Positions 28,701 through 45,324 of a stretch of DNA of 64,000 nt are shown here, in pieces. Under the pieces are notes generated by a model, which was given only the letters and a program-made list of their open reading frames with translations, searched no databases and was not told the DNA's origin. Each line of letters starts with the position of its first letter. Within the stretch, counting starts at the first letter, position 1. Both the position numbers and the translations under genes were made by a program. The stretch covers positions 21,581-85,580 of the forward strand of contig JAWLBL010000031.1 of the NCBI GenBank assembly GCA_041687695.1, given 5' to 3'. This DNA comes from Myxococcota bacterium. Its GTDB lineage: Bacteria > Myxococcota_A > UBA9042 > PHBI01 > JAWLBL01.

Positions 28701-28971
28701 GGTGCCCGACCCGGCGACGGGCGGGATCGTGGCGTCGGTGGGCATCGCCAAGGCGGTCTGGAGCGGGACCGTGATCGGCGGGGCGCTGGCGACGCCGCTC
28801 GAGCTCAACGGCGAGCTGGTCCTCGAGGACGTGGTGAACGCGCTCATCGAGATGGCGGGCTACGACGAGAAGGGCGCGTACCAGACCCTGTCGGGGATCT
28901 TCGCGTTCGACCCGGCGGCGCCGCCCGAGACCATCCCCATCGTCGCCGAGATGCCGGCCGGGCCGCTGTGA
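25771..28971 (+). CDS. Large lipoprotein, glycoside-hydrolase-like N-terminus (GH20/GH115-type)
   Basis: Lipobox TVGC; LGPDGFRL..MVAGDG..FGVYEALRRLGARFYHP..PDFRTRG pattern. Confidence 0.6.
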   Translation: MFADRLRLCPRPVAFGLAASLLFATVGCGGDLVFGSESPPPSAAVDASPGDDTIPVVGTPVLIVAPEGDDPALERVVATATTYLHQLTATAPAVARMSDADLVALAERALTVKAGLVLVVDAHRVVPDHVAEASLASLGPDGFRLLAEDRGTWVNALDQTTGATFLMVAGDGLLPRQFGVYEALRRLGARFYHPEQEFVPRVPATSVRDRARTPTALARRTADGTASPDYVPDFRTRGYSFHGSHPLEHLEAFSDSNHPIDEAVAVNDWQIKNRANQMRGAGRGVAPPARRALRVQQLEDYRQRVGLRRSTGITLHNEQQGANAAIDPSLPTPIAQQIDAFVADRLEAVPDATHFGVHFGPTEFTVTPDVETVQWIDWVGQAVSKRRPDVPLLINNHTTGSQPSPNYGDLGCPPGTNDQGLIDYYDLAFHTAPENGVSVHTVMFYPLEGPARVYNQRTFAHKLCLMEQASAAGRPLTYFPEGSWWLSFDNPVPVYLPLYIWTRGRDIELLRPLLAARGGGTVDGHRMFNSGHEWGYWQQDYAVGLWHWNADVTMDEVLAELTDPLCETEVWPERCEAALETHEVLLEAMAQQAEAFLEAEDFMGRPGGLYAYFAGEDPADVLGAQTGLEFRPVRVSFADVLAFDEVTAQGFRATDVQRLKEMDEAYASWVARLRAVAPEVPEAGRPWLDEVVDGLEINGLRARQAWQLYEVVLGYRDAVAAREADRTAPPPAEAVRTAFDQAIVTLSDAEQVVRRREARYRYPHTQMNGGGVTPDTGVANGTTYPYRVHTKTHLMTYWMNRHDEVGRLLNEGHEQLAQLRLAPVFALPGQALEILWPALAGLTGQLTMGDGLTAGPLTSSHEYAGEGVFSVEGSYSAEDLDTPVQGHVVRAAVLASSPAGSFTLKSPDTLLGQAVLASIAPAFRWGLVMSGQAVLAFAPDFSGVGKVDFRDVIVTQLAAAIGADGTFETKPVDFELPVPDPATGGIVASVGIAKAVWSGTVIGGALATPLELNGELVLEDVVNALIEMAGYDEKGAYQTLSGIFAFDPAAPPETIPIVAEMPAGPL

Positions 28972-29005
28972 GGCGTGGGCGCCGCGAGCGGCGCCGATCC
29001 GGCGA

Positions 29006-29023
29006 GCCCTCGCGAGCGAGGGC
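29006..29023. terminator. Hairpin between convergent genes
   Basis: GCCCTCGC-GA-GCGAGGGC; no U-tract. Confidence 0.35.
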
Positions 29024-29050
29024 GCTGCAGCGAGGAGCGTCGACCGGAGG

Positions 29051-30838
29051 TCAGTCGGCGCCGGGGGCGCCGGCGAGGAGCCAGCGGGTCATGAGGCTCA
29101 GCTCGTCGTCGGTCAGGTCGGGGAAGGGGGGCATCGAGCGCTCGACCTGGTCGGCCTCGAGCGCGCCGCCGTAGTAGCGGTGCTGGGTGGCGTCGCGGAT
29201 GAGGCCGCGGGTCCACTCGAAGCCCATGTAGCCGTCCAGATCGGGGCCGATGGCGGTCGGGTCGTAGGCCTTGGCCAAGTGCGACACGCCCGGGGTGTTG
29301 TGGCAATCGGTGCAGCCGTCGTCCCACAGGGCGCGGGCCGCCTCGGTGACCTCGGGGGGCACCGCGTGGTCGGGGTCGCCCGACAGGCTGGTCAGCCAGC
29401 GGGCCAGGGTGGCGCGGTCCTCGGCGCTGCCGCCCCAGGCCTCCATGCCGCCCTTGAGCACGGTCTTGCCGAAGAAGCGGTCGTGGTCGGGGTTGGCCAG
29501 GAAGGCGTCGACCCGAAGGGCGGTGCCCCAGCCGCCGAGCAGCGGGCCGGCGCCGTCCTCGGCGGTGGCGTCCTGGGCGTGGCACGAGGCGCAGCCCTTG
29601 TCGGCGAAGAGCTGGGCGCCCTGGGCGAGCACGACCCGGCCTTGAGCGTCGATGCCGCCCAGCTGCGCCAGGCGGGCGGTCTGCTCGGCCTCGGCGTCGG
29701 CCTGGGCGCGGGCCTCGAGGAAGGCCGGATCGGTCGCGTCCGAGCGCATCGCCACCAGGGTCAGCGCCCCGGCGCCGCCGAACAGCAGCAGGAAGGGGAC
29801 CAGCACCTTGGCGGGCGGGCGGGTCCAGCGCTCGCCGTCGCGCTTGCGGTCGATGAAGGGGATGGCCAGCAGGAAGGCGACCGCCAGGCCGGGGATGACC
29901 ACGGTGCCGACGAGGGTCATCGGCCCCTCGAAGTACTTGAGCAGCTGGAACAGGAACAGGAAGTACCACTCGGGGCGCGCCTCGTAGCCGCTGGCGGGGT
30001 CGGCCGGGGCCTCGAGGCTGACGCCGACCAGCACGGCCATGGCGACCAGGATGGCCAGCACGACGCCCGCGAAGAGCGTGTCGTACAGCATCTGGTAGGG
30101 CCAGAAGGGCTGGGTCTTGCGGGCCAGCTCGGCGGGGGCGCGCTTGGGGTGCGGGGTGACGCCGTGGCGGCGGAACAGGCCCACGTGGCCGACGATGAAC
30201 AGGGTGAGGGTGATGGGCAGGATGAAGACGTGGATGGCGTAAAAGCGCGTCAGCGTCTGGTTGCCGTACTCGGGGCCGCCCTGCAGCACGGTCTGGATGA
30301 ACTCGCCGCCCGGGGTGCCGCCCATGATGCTGGTCGCGACCTGGGTGGCCCAGTAGCCCTTCTGATCCCACGGCAGCAGGTAGCCGGTCAGGCCGAAGCC
30401 CAGCACCAGGAGCAGCATGACGCAGCCCATCAGCCAGTTGGCCTCGCGGGGCTTGCGGTAGGCGCCGTAGAGCAGGACCTGCGTCATGTGCATCAGGCAC
30501 AGGACGATCATGGCCGACGAGCCCCAGTGGTGCAGGCCGCGGACCAGCCAGCCCAGCGTCATCTGGTTCTGGATGTAGTAGACGCTGCCCCAGGCGTCGG
30601 TGGTCGTCGGGGCGTAGGCGCTGGCCAGGGTGATGCCCGTGACGGCCTGCAGGACGAAGGTGAAGAGCAGGGCGCTGCCGAAGACGTAGGCGAAGCGAGC
30701 GCCGCCGGGGACCGGCTCGTTGCCGGCGGCGGCGAGCAGGGCGCGGTAGCCGGTGCGCTGGTCGAGAGCGTCGGCGAAGCGCTGCAGGCGCCCGGGGGCG
30801 GGCTCCGAGGGCTCGGGGAGCGGCTTGGCGGGTTCCAT
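29051..30838 (-). CDS. Cytochrome b fused to dihaem cytochrome c
   Basis: GWLVRGLHHWGSS, TGYLLPWDQKGYWA, TLTRFYAIH, PEWY; C-term CASCH and CTDCH. Confidence 0.93.
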   Translation of the reverse strand: MEPAKPLPEPSEPAPGRLQRFADALDQRTGYRALLAAAGNEPVPGGARFAYVFGSALLFTFVLQAVTGITLASAYAPTTTDAWGSVYYIQNQMTLGWLVRGLHHWGSSAMIVLCLMHMTQVLLYGAYRKPREANWLMGCVMLLLVLGFGLTGYLLPWDQKGYWATQVATSIMGGTPGGEFIQTVLQGGPEYGNQTLTRFYAIHVFILPITLTLFIVGHVGLFRRHGVTPHPKRAPAELARKTQPFWPYQMLYDTLFAGVVLAILVAMAVLVGVSLEAPADPASGYEARPEWYFLFLFQLLKYFEGPMTLVGTVVIPGLAVAFLLAIPFIDRKRDGERWTRPPAKVLVPFLLLFGGAGALTLVAMRSDATDPAFLEARAQADAEAEQTARLAQLGGIDAQGRVVLAQGAQLFADKGCASCHAQDATAEDGAGPLLGGWGTALRVDAFLANPDHDRFFGKTVLKGGMEAWGGSAEDRATLARWLTSLSGDPDHAVPPEVTEAARALWDDGCTDCHNTPGVSHLAKAYDPTAIGPDLDGYMGFEWTRGLIRDATQHRYYGGALEADQVERSMPPFPDLTDDELSLMTRWLLAGAPGAD

Positions 30839-30849
30839 CGGGGGCGACC

Positions 30850-31434
30850 TCAGGCGACGGGGACGCGGTCGGCGGTGCCGGTGCGGTAACGGACCCAGCG
30901 CACCTCGAGGGTGCCGGCGCGGACGCGCCACTCGAGCGGGTCGAGGCCGCGCGGGGCGGGGTTGGGGGTGCCGTCGGCGTGGGGGAGCAGGCCGCCCTCG
31001 ACGGTGAACGAGCTGCGGTGGCACGGGCACAGGTAGCCGCCGCCCGAGGGGCGGACCGAGCAGCCCAGGTGCGGGCAGGTCGCCGACAGGACGCGGAAGT
31101 CGGCCTCGCCGAGGCGCTGCACGAGCACGCTGCCGACGGGGACGCCCGGCTGGTGGAGCCACGCGTCCTGGCGGTCCTCCTTGAGGACCACGCGCTCGGG
31201 GGCGGCGCCCACCGCGAAGCGAGCCACCGCGCCGGCCGGGGACCAGACGCCGCCGTCGTCGATCGGGGGACCGGCGTCTGGCTTCTTGCGCAGCGGGGTG
31301 AGCAGCATGGCGACCGGGCCGGCGGCGATGGCGGCGCCGATCAGGGCGCCGAAGCCGGCCGTGAGGCGGCCGAGGAAGCGGCGGCGGCCCAGCTCGGCCG
31401 CGTCGGGCGCGGGCGTGTTCGTGTCGTGGCTCAT
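30850..31434 (-). CDS. Rieske 2Fe-2S protein of bc-type complex
   Basis: Tat motif GRRRFL, TM helix, CPHLGC and CPCH. Confidence 0.93.
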   Translation of the reverse strand: MSHDTNTPAPDAAELGRRRFLGRLTAGFGALIGAAIAAGPVAMLLTPLRKKPDAGPPIDDGGVWSPAGAVARFAVGAAPERVVLKEDRQDAWLHQPGVPVGSVLVQRLGEADFRVLSATCPHLGCSVRPSGGGYLCPCHRSSFTVEGGLLPHADGTPNPAPRGLDPLEWRVRAGTLEVRWVRYRTGTADRVPVA

Positions 31435-31553
31435 GGGCCCTCCTGGCGCGGTCGCGTGGCGTGGTCGCCGCCCCGGCGGCGCCGGCACACTGTACGACAA
31501 ATCACGCGAGGATGCGCCATGGCCCCTGTCGCGAGGCCGCCGCGTCGAGCGGG

Positions 31554-33758
<2,205 letters not shown>

Positions 33759-33883
33759 GGGGGGACTCTCCTCGCGCGCCGGTGCCGGCCCCGCGGCCCT
33801 GCGCGCGCCGTTGGCGAACCACTCGCGGATCGCGAGCGTAGTCGGGCGCGACGGGGCCGGCCATCGTTTCACCGGCGAGAGGT

Positions 33884-33901
33884 TGTAACCGCCTGGTTAC
33901 A
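33884..33901. promoter_or_regulatory. Perfect palindrome in divergent intergenic region
   Basis: TGTAACC-GCCT-GGTTACA. Confidence 0.5.
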
Positions 33902-34007
33902 GTGCGGCGCCGGGATGCAACCCGCCGGGGGATCGGCGCTGGTCAGGCGCGATCGGCTCGGCTAGCATCTCCAGCGGGTCGGTTCCGGGACAAGCTGGAC
34001 GGTGAGC

Positions 34008-35564
34008 ATGAGCTACGAGCTGCTCGACAAGCGGGCCGGCGCACGCCCGCGTATGGACGCCCTGGACGCCGCGGCCGCCCCCAAGGGCGCCGGGACCGAC
34101 GCGAAGACGGCCCAGCTCAAGCAGGTCGACTACGCGACCGGCAGCGCGATGTTGAGCCCCAACGGGTCGAAGGGTGGAGCGGCGGGTGGGCCGGTGACCT
34201 ATCGGGTCAAGCCGGGCGATACGCTGAGCGGGATCGCGGCGCGCGTGCTGGGTGAGGCGGACCGATGGCGCGAGCTGGCGACGCTGAACGGGATCGCGAA
34301 CCCGCGGGCGCTGCAGGTCGGGCAGACGCTGAAGCTCCCCGCCGACTGCTCGTGTCCGGCGCCGACGGGCCCCACCAACCGCCCGGTCGAGCTGCCCGAG
34401 GCGCCCCGGCCGGCCGCCGCGTTGACCCACACGGTCCGGGCGGGCGAGACGCTGTCGAGGATCGCCGAGATCCACCTGGGTGACGCCGACCGCTGGCGCG
34501 AGATCGCCGACGCCAACGGCATCGCCGACCCGCGCGCGCTGCAGGCCGGCCAGACGCTGAAGGTGCCCGGGGCCGTCGCGTCGCCCAAGCCGGAGGCGCC
34601 CGCGCCGACGCCGAAGCCACCGCAGACCTCGACCGTCAGGTACACGGTGCGCTCGCGCGACACGCTCAGCGCCATCGCGCAGGTCTTCTACGGGGACCAC
34701 ACGCGGTGGCGCGAGATCGCCAAGGCCAACGGCCTGTCGAACCCAGGCGCGCTGCGGGTCGGGCAGGTGCTGACGATCCCCAACGCCTCCGGGCCGGTCC
34801 AGGCGCCGACCAACCCGACGCCCCGTCCGACGCCGTCGCGCCCCACCCCCGGGGACGACACCGAGCTCGCCGCCGGCGACACCATCGCGCTCGAGGGGCT
34901 GGGCAGCCTCGACCGCGCCATGGCCGAGATCTACAACACCAAGGGCCAGTACCTGAAGCAGGCCGCGTCGATGCTGGGCATCGACACGGCGTCGGCGGCG
35001 GCCGTGCTGAAGGTCGAGTCGGCGGGCGCCGGCTTCGGAAGCGACGGACGGCTGAAGATCCGGTTCGAGAACCACATCTTCTACGACGGCTGGGGCAAGT
35101 CGAACCCGGCGACCTTCAACGCGCACTTCAAGTACAACCCGGACAAGCGCTGGACGGGGCACAAGTTCCGGGCCGACGCGAACGGCGCGTGGCGCACCAT
35201 GCACACGAGCCAGGACATGGAGCACGAGGTCCTCGAGTTCGCGCGCGGGCTGCACGACGAGAAGGCCCTGCAGGCGATCTCGATGGGCATCGCGCAGGTG
35301 ATGGGCTTCAACCACCACATGCTGGGCTACGAGTCGGCGCGCGAGATGTACGACATCTTCTCGGGCGCGCTGCGGCCGCAGCTCGACGGGATGTTCGAGT
35401 TCATCAAGCAGCATCCGGGGTGCATGAACGGCCTGCAGTCCAAGAACTACGTGCAGTTCGCGGCCTGCTACAACGGCAGCGGGCAGGCCGCCACGTACGG
35501 CGAGTGGATCCGCCAGGCCGCGGCGTCGTACGCCCGGGTGACGCGGGGCCGCCAGTTCGCCTGA
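34008..35564 (+). CDS. 3x LysM + N-acetylmuramidase (DUF3380-type)
   Basis: Three V..GDTL..IA..W..IA..N repeats; VESAG.GF..KIRFENHIF, SMGIAQVMGFNH, FAACYNG. Confidence 0.92.
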   Translation: MSYELLDKRAGARPRMDALDAAAAPKGAGTDAKTAQLKQVDYATGSAMLSPNGSKGGAAGGPVTYRVKPGDTLSGIAARVLGEADRWRELATLNGIANPRALQVGQTLKLPADCSCPAPTGPTNRPVELPEAPRPAAALTHTVRAGETLSRIAEIHLGDADRWREIADANGIADPRALQAGQTLKVPGAVASPKPEAPAPTPKPPQTSTVRYTVRSRDTLSAIAQVFYGDHTRWREIAKANGLSNPGALRVGQVLTIPNASGPVQAPTNPTPRPTPSRPTPGDDTELAAGDTIALEGLGSLDRAMAEIYNTKGQYLKQAASMLGIDTASAAAVLKVESAGAGFGSDGRLKIRFENHIFYDGWGKSNPATFNAHFKYNPDKRWTGHKFRADANGAWRTMHTSQDMEHEVLEFARGLHDEKALQAISMGIAQVMGFNHHMLGYESAREMYDIFSGALRPQLDGMFEFIKQHPGCMNGLQSKNYVQFAACYNGSGQAATYGEWIRQAAASYARVTRGRQFA

Positions 35565-35685
35565 GGACGGCGAGGGTGCCGGGCGCGCGGGGTGAAAGGC
35601 GCTGTCGTCGGCATGAACGTTGCCGACGACGGCGACAAAGCGCTATGAGTCGGGCTCCCCGAGAGCTGCCCGGACGAGGATCCCG

Positions 35686-38331
35686 ATGCCTTCCGCCCGT
35701 CACCACCGCGCCTGCGCCTGCGCGCGCGGCCACCTGGCCGCCGCCACGCCCCCCGAGGGGTTCACGCTGCCCGGCGCCGAGAAGCACTACCCGCCCGACC
35801 TCGGGCTCGAGCCGGTGCACCTGGACATCGCGCTGACGCTGAACCTCGAGGCGCGCCGCGCCGACGGGGTGGTGACGACGACGGTGGTGGCGCGCCGCGA
35901 CGGGCCGCGCGAGCTGAAGCTGGACGCCGTGGGCTTCGAGGACGTCGCGGTGGACGACGCCGACGGCCGCGGGCTGAGCTGGCGTTACGACGGCGAGGCG
36001 CTGCGCCTGACCTGGGACGAGGCGGCGCGGCGCGGCGAGGAGCGCCGGGTGACGGTGCGCTACCGCGTGCGCGAGCCGGTGACGGGGCTGATGTTCTCGG
36101 GGCCGACGCCCGAGGCGCCCGACGCGCCGCTGTTCGCGGCCACCGACAACGAGACCGAGCGGGCGCGCCACTGGCTGCCGTGCGTGGATCTGCCCAGCGT
36201 GCGGCCGACGCTGGAGTTCCGGCTGCGGGCGCGGGCCGAGCTGACCGCGCTGGCGAACGGGGCGTTGCTGGGCGAAGAGACCCACGACGACGGGACGCGC
36301 ACGACGCGCTGGCGGCTGGACCACCGCTGCCCCAGCTACATCACCTGCGTCGCGGTCGGCGACTTCGTGCGCCGCGAGGGCGGCCAGTCGCGCACGCTGC
36401 CGGAGCTGCCCATCGCCTACTTCGCGACGCGCGCGCACACCGAGGAGCACCTCGAGCGCACCTTCGGGCGCACGCCCGAGATGCTGGACTGGCTGAACGA
36501 GAAGCTGGGGACGCCCTACCCGTTCCCGAAGTACTTCCAGTTCGCCGTGCCGGGCATCGGCGGCGCGATGGAGAACATCTCGCTGGTCAGCTGGGACGAC
36601 CAGTTCCTGCTGGACGAGGCGCTGGCCGGCGAGTGGACGCGGCTGCTCGAGGCGATCAACGTCCACGAGATGGCGCACAGCTGGTTCGGCGATCTGCTGG
36701 TCGTGCGCGACTTCGCCCACGCGTGGCTCAAGGAGTCGTGGGCGACCTACATGGAGCAGTGCTGGTTCGAGGACCACTACGGCGAGGACGAGAAGCTCTA
36801 CGAGCTGTTCCAGAACGCGCACCAGTACTTCGAGGAGGCCGACGGCAGCTACCAGCGGCCCATCGTGACGCGCGAGTTCACGTCGTCGTGGGAGATGTAC
36901 GACCGGCACCTGTACCCGGGCGGGGCGTGCCGGCTGCACATGTTGCGCTGCGAGATGGGCGACGACGTGTTCTGGACGTCGGTGCGGGACTACATCGCGC
37001 GGTTCTCGGGCGAGGTGGTCGAGACCGACGACTTCCGGCGGGTGCTCGAGCGGCACTCCGGGCGGTCGCTGGGCAAGTGGTTCGACCAGTGGATCCACGG
37101 GCGCGGCTACCCGCACCTCGAGGTGTCGTTCAGCTGGGAGGCCGAGCGCGGGGAGGGGGTGTTCGACATCCGCCAGGCGCAGTGCAAGGGCGACGGGGAC
37201 GGCGGCGGCGAGGGCGCGCCGCAGGTGTTCGAGGTGCCGCTGGAGCTGGGCTGGGTGGTGGCCGGGACGCTGCGGACGACGACGGTGACGCTGAAGCAGG
37301 CGCACCAGATCGTGCACGTGGCGATGCCCGGCGAGCCGTCGCAGGTGCGGGTCGACCCGAACGGGCGGCTGCTGCACAAGCTGGACTTCAACCCCGGCGA
37401 CGACAAGCTGACGGCGCAGCTGACGGGCGCGGGCGACGTCATCGGGCGCATCCTGGCGGGGCGCGAGCTGGCGAAGACCGGCAAGCGCAAGAACGTGCTG
37501 GCCATCGGGCGGGCGTGGGCGGCCGAGCCGTTCTACGGGGTGCGCGCGCAGTGGGCCGAGGCGCTGGGCGAGGCGCAGGCCGAGGCGGCCATCGAGGTGC
37601 TGGTCGGGGCCATCGGGTCCGAGCGGCACGCGATGGTGCTCGAGCCGCTGATGCGCGCGGCGGGGCGCTACCGCGACGCGCGGGTGCGCGAGGCGGTGCT
37701 GACGCGGCTGGAGGAGGACGAGGGGCTGCCGCCGCGGGCGGCGATGGCGGCCTGGGAGGCGCTGGGGGCGCAGCGCGAGCAGGCGCCGCTCGAGCGGCTG
37801 GCCGAGGCGGCGCGGGCCCCCAGCTACAACGGGATCGCGCAGGGCGGAGCGCTGCGCGCGCTGGGAGAGTCGCGGCAGGACCGGGCGGTCGGGCTCCTCG
37901 GCGAGCTGCTGGCGCCGGGAGCGCTGGGGCCGCGGGTGCGGGCGGCGGCGGTGGACGGGCTGGCGCGGGTCGGGCGGGTCAAGCTGCGCGAGGCGCGCGA
38001 GCGGGTCGGCGAGCAGCTGGTGGACCTGCTCCGCGACGCGGACCCGCGGGTGCAGCGGGCGGCGGTCATCGGGCTCGAGCAGCTGGGGGACCGGCGCGCG
38101 ATCGAGCCGCTGGAGGCGCACGCGGCGCGGGTGTCGGCGCAGGACCGGGTGCGCGTGCGGCGGGCCGTCCAGCGGCTGCACGAGCGGGGTGACAAGCGCC
38201 CCGGCGGTCGCGACGAGGCCCTGGACGGGCTGCGCGACAAGCTGCGCAAGCTGCAGGACCGCGTCGACAGCCTCGAGGCGCGCCTCGAGGCGCAACCCAA
38301 GCCGGCCGGGACCTCGGAGGAGATCGAATGA
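35686..38331 (+). CDS. M1 family aminopeptidase with HEAT repeats and coiled-coil tail
   Basis: GAMEN, HEMAH..WLKE, YPGG. Confidence 0.93.
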   Translation: MPSARHHRACACARGHLAAATPPEGFTLPGAEKHYPPDLGLEPVHLDIALTLNLEARRADGVVTTTVVARRDGPRELKLDAVGFEDVAVDDADGRGLSWRYDGEALRLTWDEAARRGEERRVTVRYRVREPVTGLMFSGPTPEAPDAPLFAATDNETERARHWLPCVDLPSVRPTLEFRLRARAELTALANGALLGEETHDDGTRTTRWRLDHRCPSYITCVAVGDFVRREGGQSRTLPELPIAYFATRAHTEEHLERTFGRTPEMLDWLNEKLGTPYPFPKYFQFAVPGIGGAMENISLVSWDDQFLLDEALAGEWTRLLEAINVHEMAHSWFGDLLVVRDFAHAWLKESWATYMEQCWFEDHYGEDEKLYELFQNAHQYFEEADGSYQRPIVTREFTSSWEMYDRHLYPGGACRLHMLRCEMGDDVFWTSVRDYIARFSGEVVETDDFRRVLERHSGRSLGKWFDQWIHGRGYPHLEVSFSWEAERGEGVFDIRQAQCKGDGDGGGEGAPQVFEVPLELGWVVAGTLRTTTVTLKQAHQIVHVAMPGEPSQVRVDPNGRLLHKLDFNPGDDKLTAQLTGAGDVIGRILAGRELAKTGKRKNVLAIGRAWAAEPFYGVRAQWAEALGEAQAEAAIEVLVGAIGSERHAMVLEPLMRAAGRYRDARVREAVLTRLEEDEGLPPRAAMAAWEALGAQREQAPLERLAEAARAPSYNGIAQGGALRALGESRQDRAVGLLGELLAPGALGPRVRAAAVDGLARVGRVKLREARERVGEQLVDLLRDADPRVQRAAVIGLEQLGDRRAIEPLEAHAARVSAQDRVRVRRAVQRLHERGDKRPGGRDEALDGLRDKLRKLQDRVDSLEARLEAQPKPAGTSEEIE

Positions 38332-39539
38332 CCCGCGTCCTCATCGCCGACAAGCTCTCGCCGCGCGCCGCCGAGCGCCTGACCGCCGCCGGGCTCGAGG
38401 TGGCGACGCGCCCCGGCGTGTCGGGTGACGCGCTGACCGCGGCGTTGCGCGAGCTGGACCCCGACGTGCTGGTGGTCCGGTCGACCAAGGTGCAGGCCGA
38501 GCACCTCGAGGCGGGGCGCGCGCTGGCGCTGGTCATCCGCGCCGGGGCCGGGGTGAACACGATCGATCTCGCGACCGCCTCGCGGCGCGGCGTGCACGTC
38601 GCCAACTGCCCCGGCAAGAACGCGATCGCCGTGGCCGAGCTGGCGATGCTGCACCTGCTCAATTGCGACCGGCGGCTGGCCGACGCGACGGCGGATCTCA
38701 GGGCGGGGCGCTGGGACAAGAAGACGTACGGCAAGGGGCAGGGGCTGCACGGGCGGACGCTGGCGGTGCTGGGGACCGGCCCCATCGGGCGAGAGGTCGT
38801 GCGGCGGGCGCTGGCGTTCGGGATGCGGGTCGTGGCGTGGAGCCGGTCGCTGACCGACGAGGACGCGGCCGCGCTGGGCGTGCGGCGGGCCGACAGCCCG
38901 CTCGAGGCGTGCCGCGGGGCGGACGCGCTGTCGATTCACCTGGCGCTGGCGCCCCAGACGCGCGGGCTGGTCGGGCGCGAGGTGCTGGCTGCGCTGAAGC
39001 CGGGGGCGGCGGTCGTCAACACGTCGCGGGCCGAGGTGGTCGACGAGGCGGCGCTGGCCGAGGCGGTGCGCGAGCGCGGGCTGCGGGCCGGGTTGGACGT
39101 GTTCGCGGGCGAGCCGGCGACCGGCGAGGCCGAGTTCCGGACGCCGCTGGCCGAGCTGCCCGGGGTGTACGGGACGCACCACATCGGGGCCAGCACCGCG
39201 CAGGCCGAGGACGCGGTGGGCGACGAGGTCGTGCGCATCGTGCAGTCCTTCGTGCGCACCGGGCGGGTGCCCAACTGCGTGAACCTCGAGGAGCGCTCGC
39301 CGGCCACGCACGCGCTGGTCGTCCGCCACGAGGACCGGGTGGGCGTGCTGGCCAGCGTGCTCGAGCTGCTGCGCGAGGACGGCATCAACGTGCAGGAGAT
39401 GGAGAACGTCATCTTCCAGGGGGCCGCCGCGGCCTCGGCGCGCATCCAGATCGACCGCGCGCCCTCGGACGGCGTCCTGGCGTGCCTCGACGCCGCCCCG
39501 CACGTGCTGGCGGTATCACTGGTGGCGCTGTCGCGATGA
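38328..39539 (+). CDS. serA: D-3-phosphoglycerate dehydrogenase-like protein with ACT domain
   Basis: RAGAGVNTID, GTGPIG, NTSR, HIGASTAQA, ACT HEDRVGVLA. Confidence 0.85.
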   Translation: MTRVLIADKLSPRAAERLTAAGLEVATRPGVSGDALTAALRELDPDVLVVRSTKVQAEHLEAGRALALVIRAGAGVNTIDLATASRRGVHVANCPGKNAIAVAELAMLHLLNCDRRLADATADLRAGRWDKKTYGKGQGLHGRTLAVLGTGPIGREVVRRALAFGMRVVAWSRSLTDEDAAALGVRRADSPLEACRGADALSIHLALAPQTRGLVGREVLAALKPGAAVVNTSRAEVVDEAALAEAVRERGLRAGLDVFAGEPATGEAEFRTPLAELPGVYGTHHIGASTAQAEDAVGDEVVRIVQSFVRTGRVPNCVNLEERSPATHALVVRHEDRVGVLASVLELLREDGINVQEMENVIFQGAAAASARIQIDRAPSDGVLACLDAAPHVLAVSLVALSR

Positions 39540-39558
39540 CGCCGCGGCAACTCGGACC

Positions 39559-39583
39559 GGCGGAATCCGGTTTGGATTCCGCC
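39559..39583. terminator. 10-bp stem hairpin after serA
   Basis: GGCGGAATCC-GGTTT-GGATTCCGCC. Confidence 0.5.
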
Positions 39584-39631
39584 TCGCGGCGCGCGGTGCT
39601 ATAGGGACCGCCCACCCCGAGCGGAGGTCCC

Positions 39632-40003
39632 ATGTCCTACCAGGTCTACAAGGTCGTCCACCTCATCGGCGCCTTCGCGCTGTTCCTGGCCATCGGCGGG
39701 CTCTTCCTGCACGCCATCAACGGCGGCACCCGCGACTCCAACGCCTCGCGCAAGCTGGTCGCCATCAGCCACGGCGTCGCCTTGTTCATCGTCCTGCTCG
39801 GCGGCTTCGGCATGCTGGCCCGCCTCGGGATCACCGGCGCCTTCCCCGGCTACATCTGGTTCAAGCTGGTCATCTGGCTGGTGATGGGCGCGATCATCGC
39901 CATCCCCTACCGCGTGCCCAGCCTGGCCCGCCCGCTGTGGCTGTTGCTGCCCTTCATCGGCGGCCTCGCGGCCTGGGCGGCCATCTACAAGCCCTTCACC
40001 TGA
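39632..40003 (+). CDS. Small four-helix membrane protein
   Basis: GGAGG RBS; four hydrophobic segments with YKVVHL and HG motifs. Confidence 0.8.
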   Translation: MSYQVYKVVHLIGAFALFLAIGGLFLHAINGGTRDSNASRKLVAISHGVALFIVLLGGFGMLARLGITGAFPGYIWFKLVIWLVMGAIIAIPYRVPSLARPLWLLLPFIGGLAAWAAIYKPFT

Positions 40004-40010
40004 TCCCTGC

Positions 40011-45275
<5,265 letters not shown>

Positions 45276-45324
45276 CCTCGCCTCCAGCGGCCGAGGATAC
45301 CGAAACGGAGCGTCCCGGGAACCC

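Noticed and set aside
34008..35564. Prophage endolysin
   Set aside because: No holin, structural or integrase genes nearby; host-like codon usage
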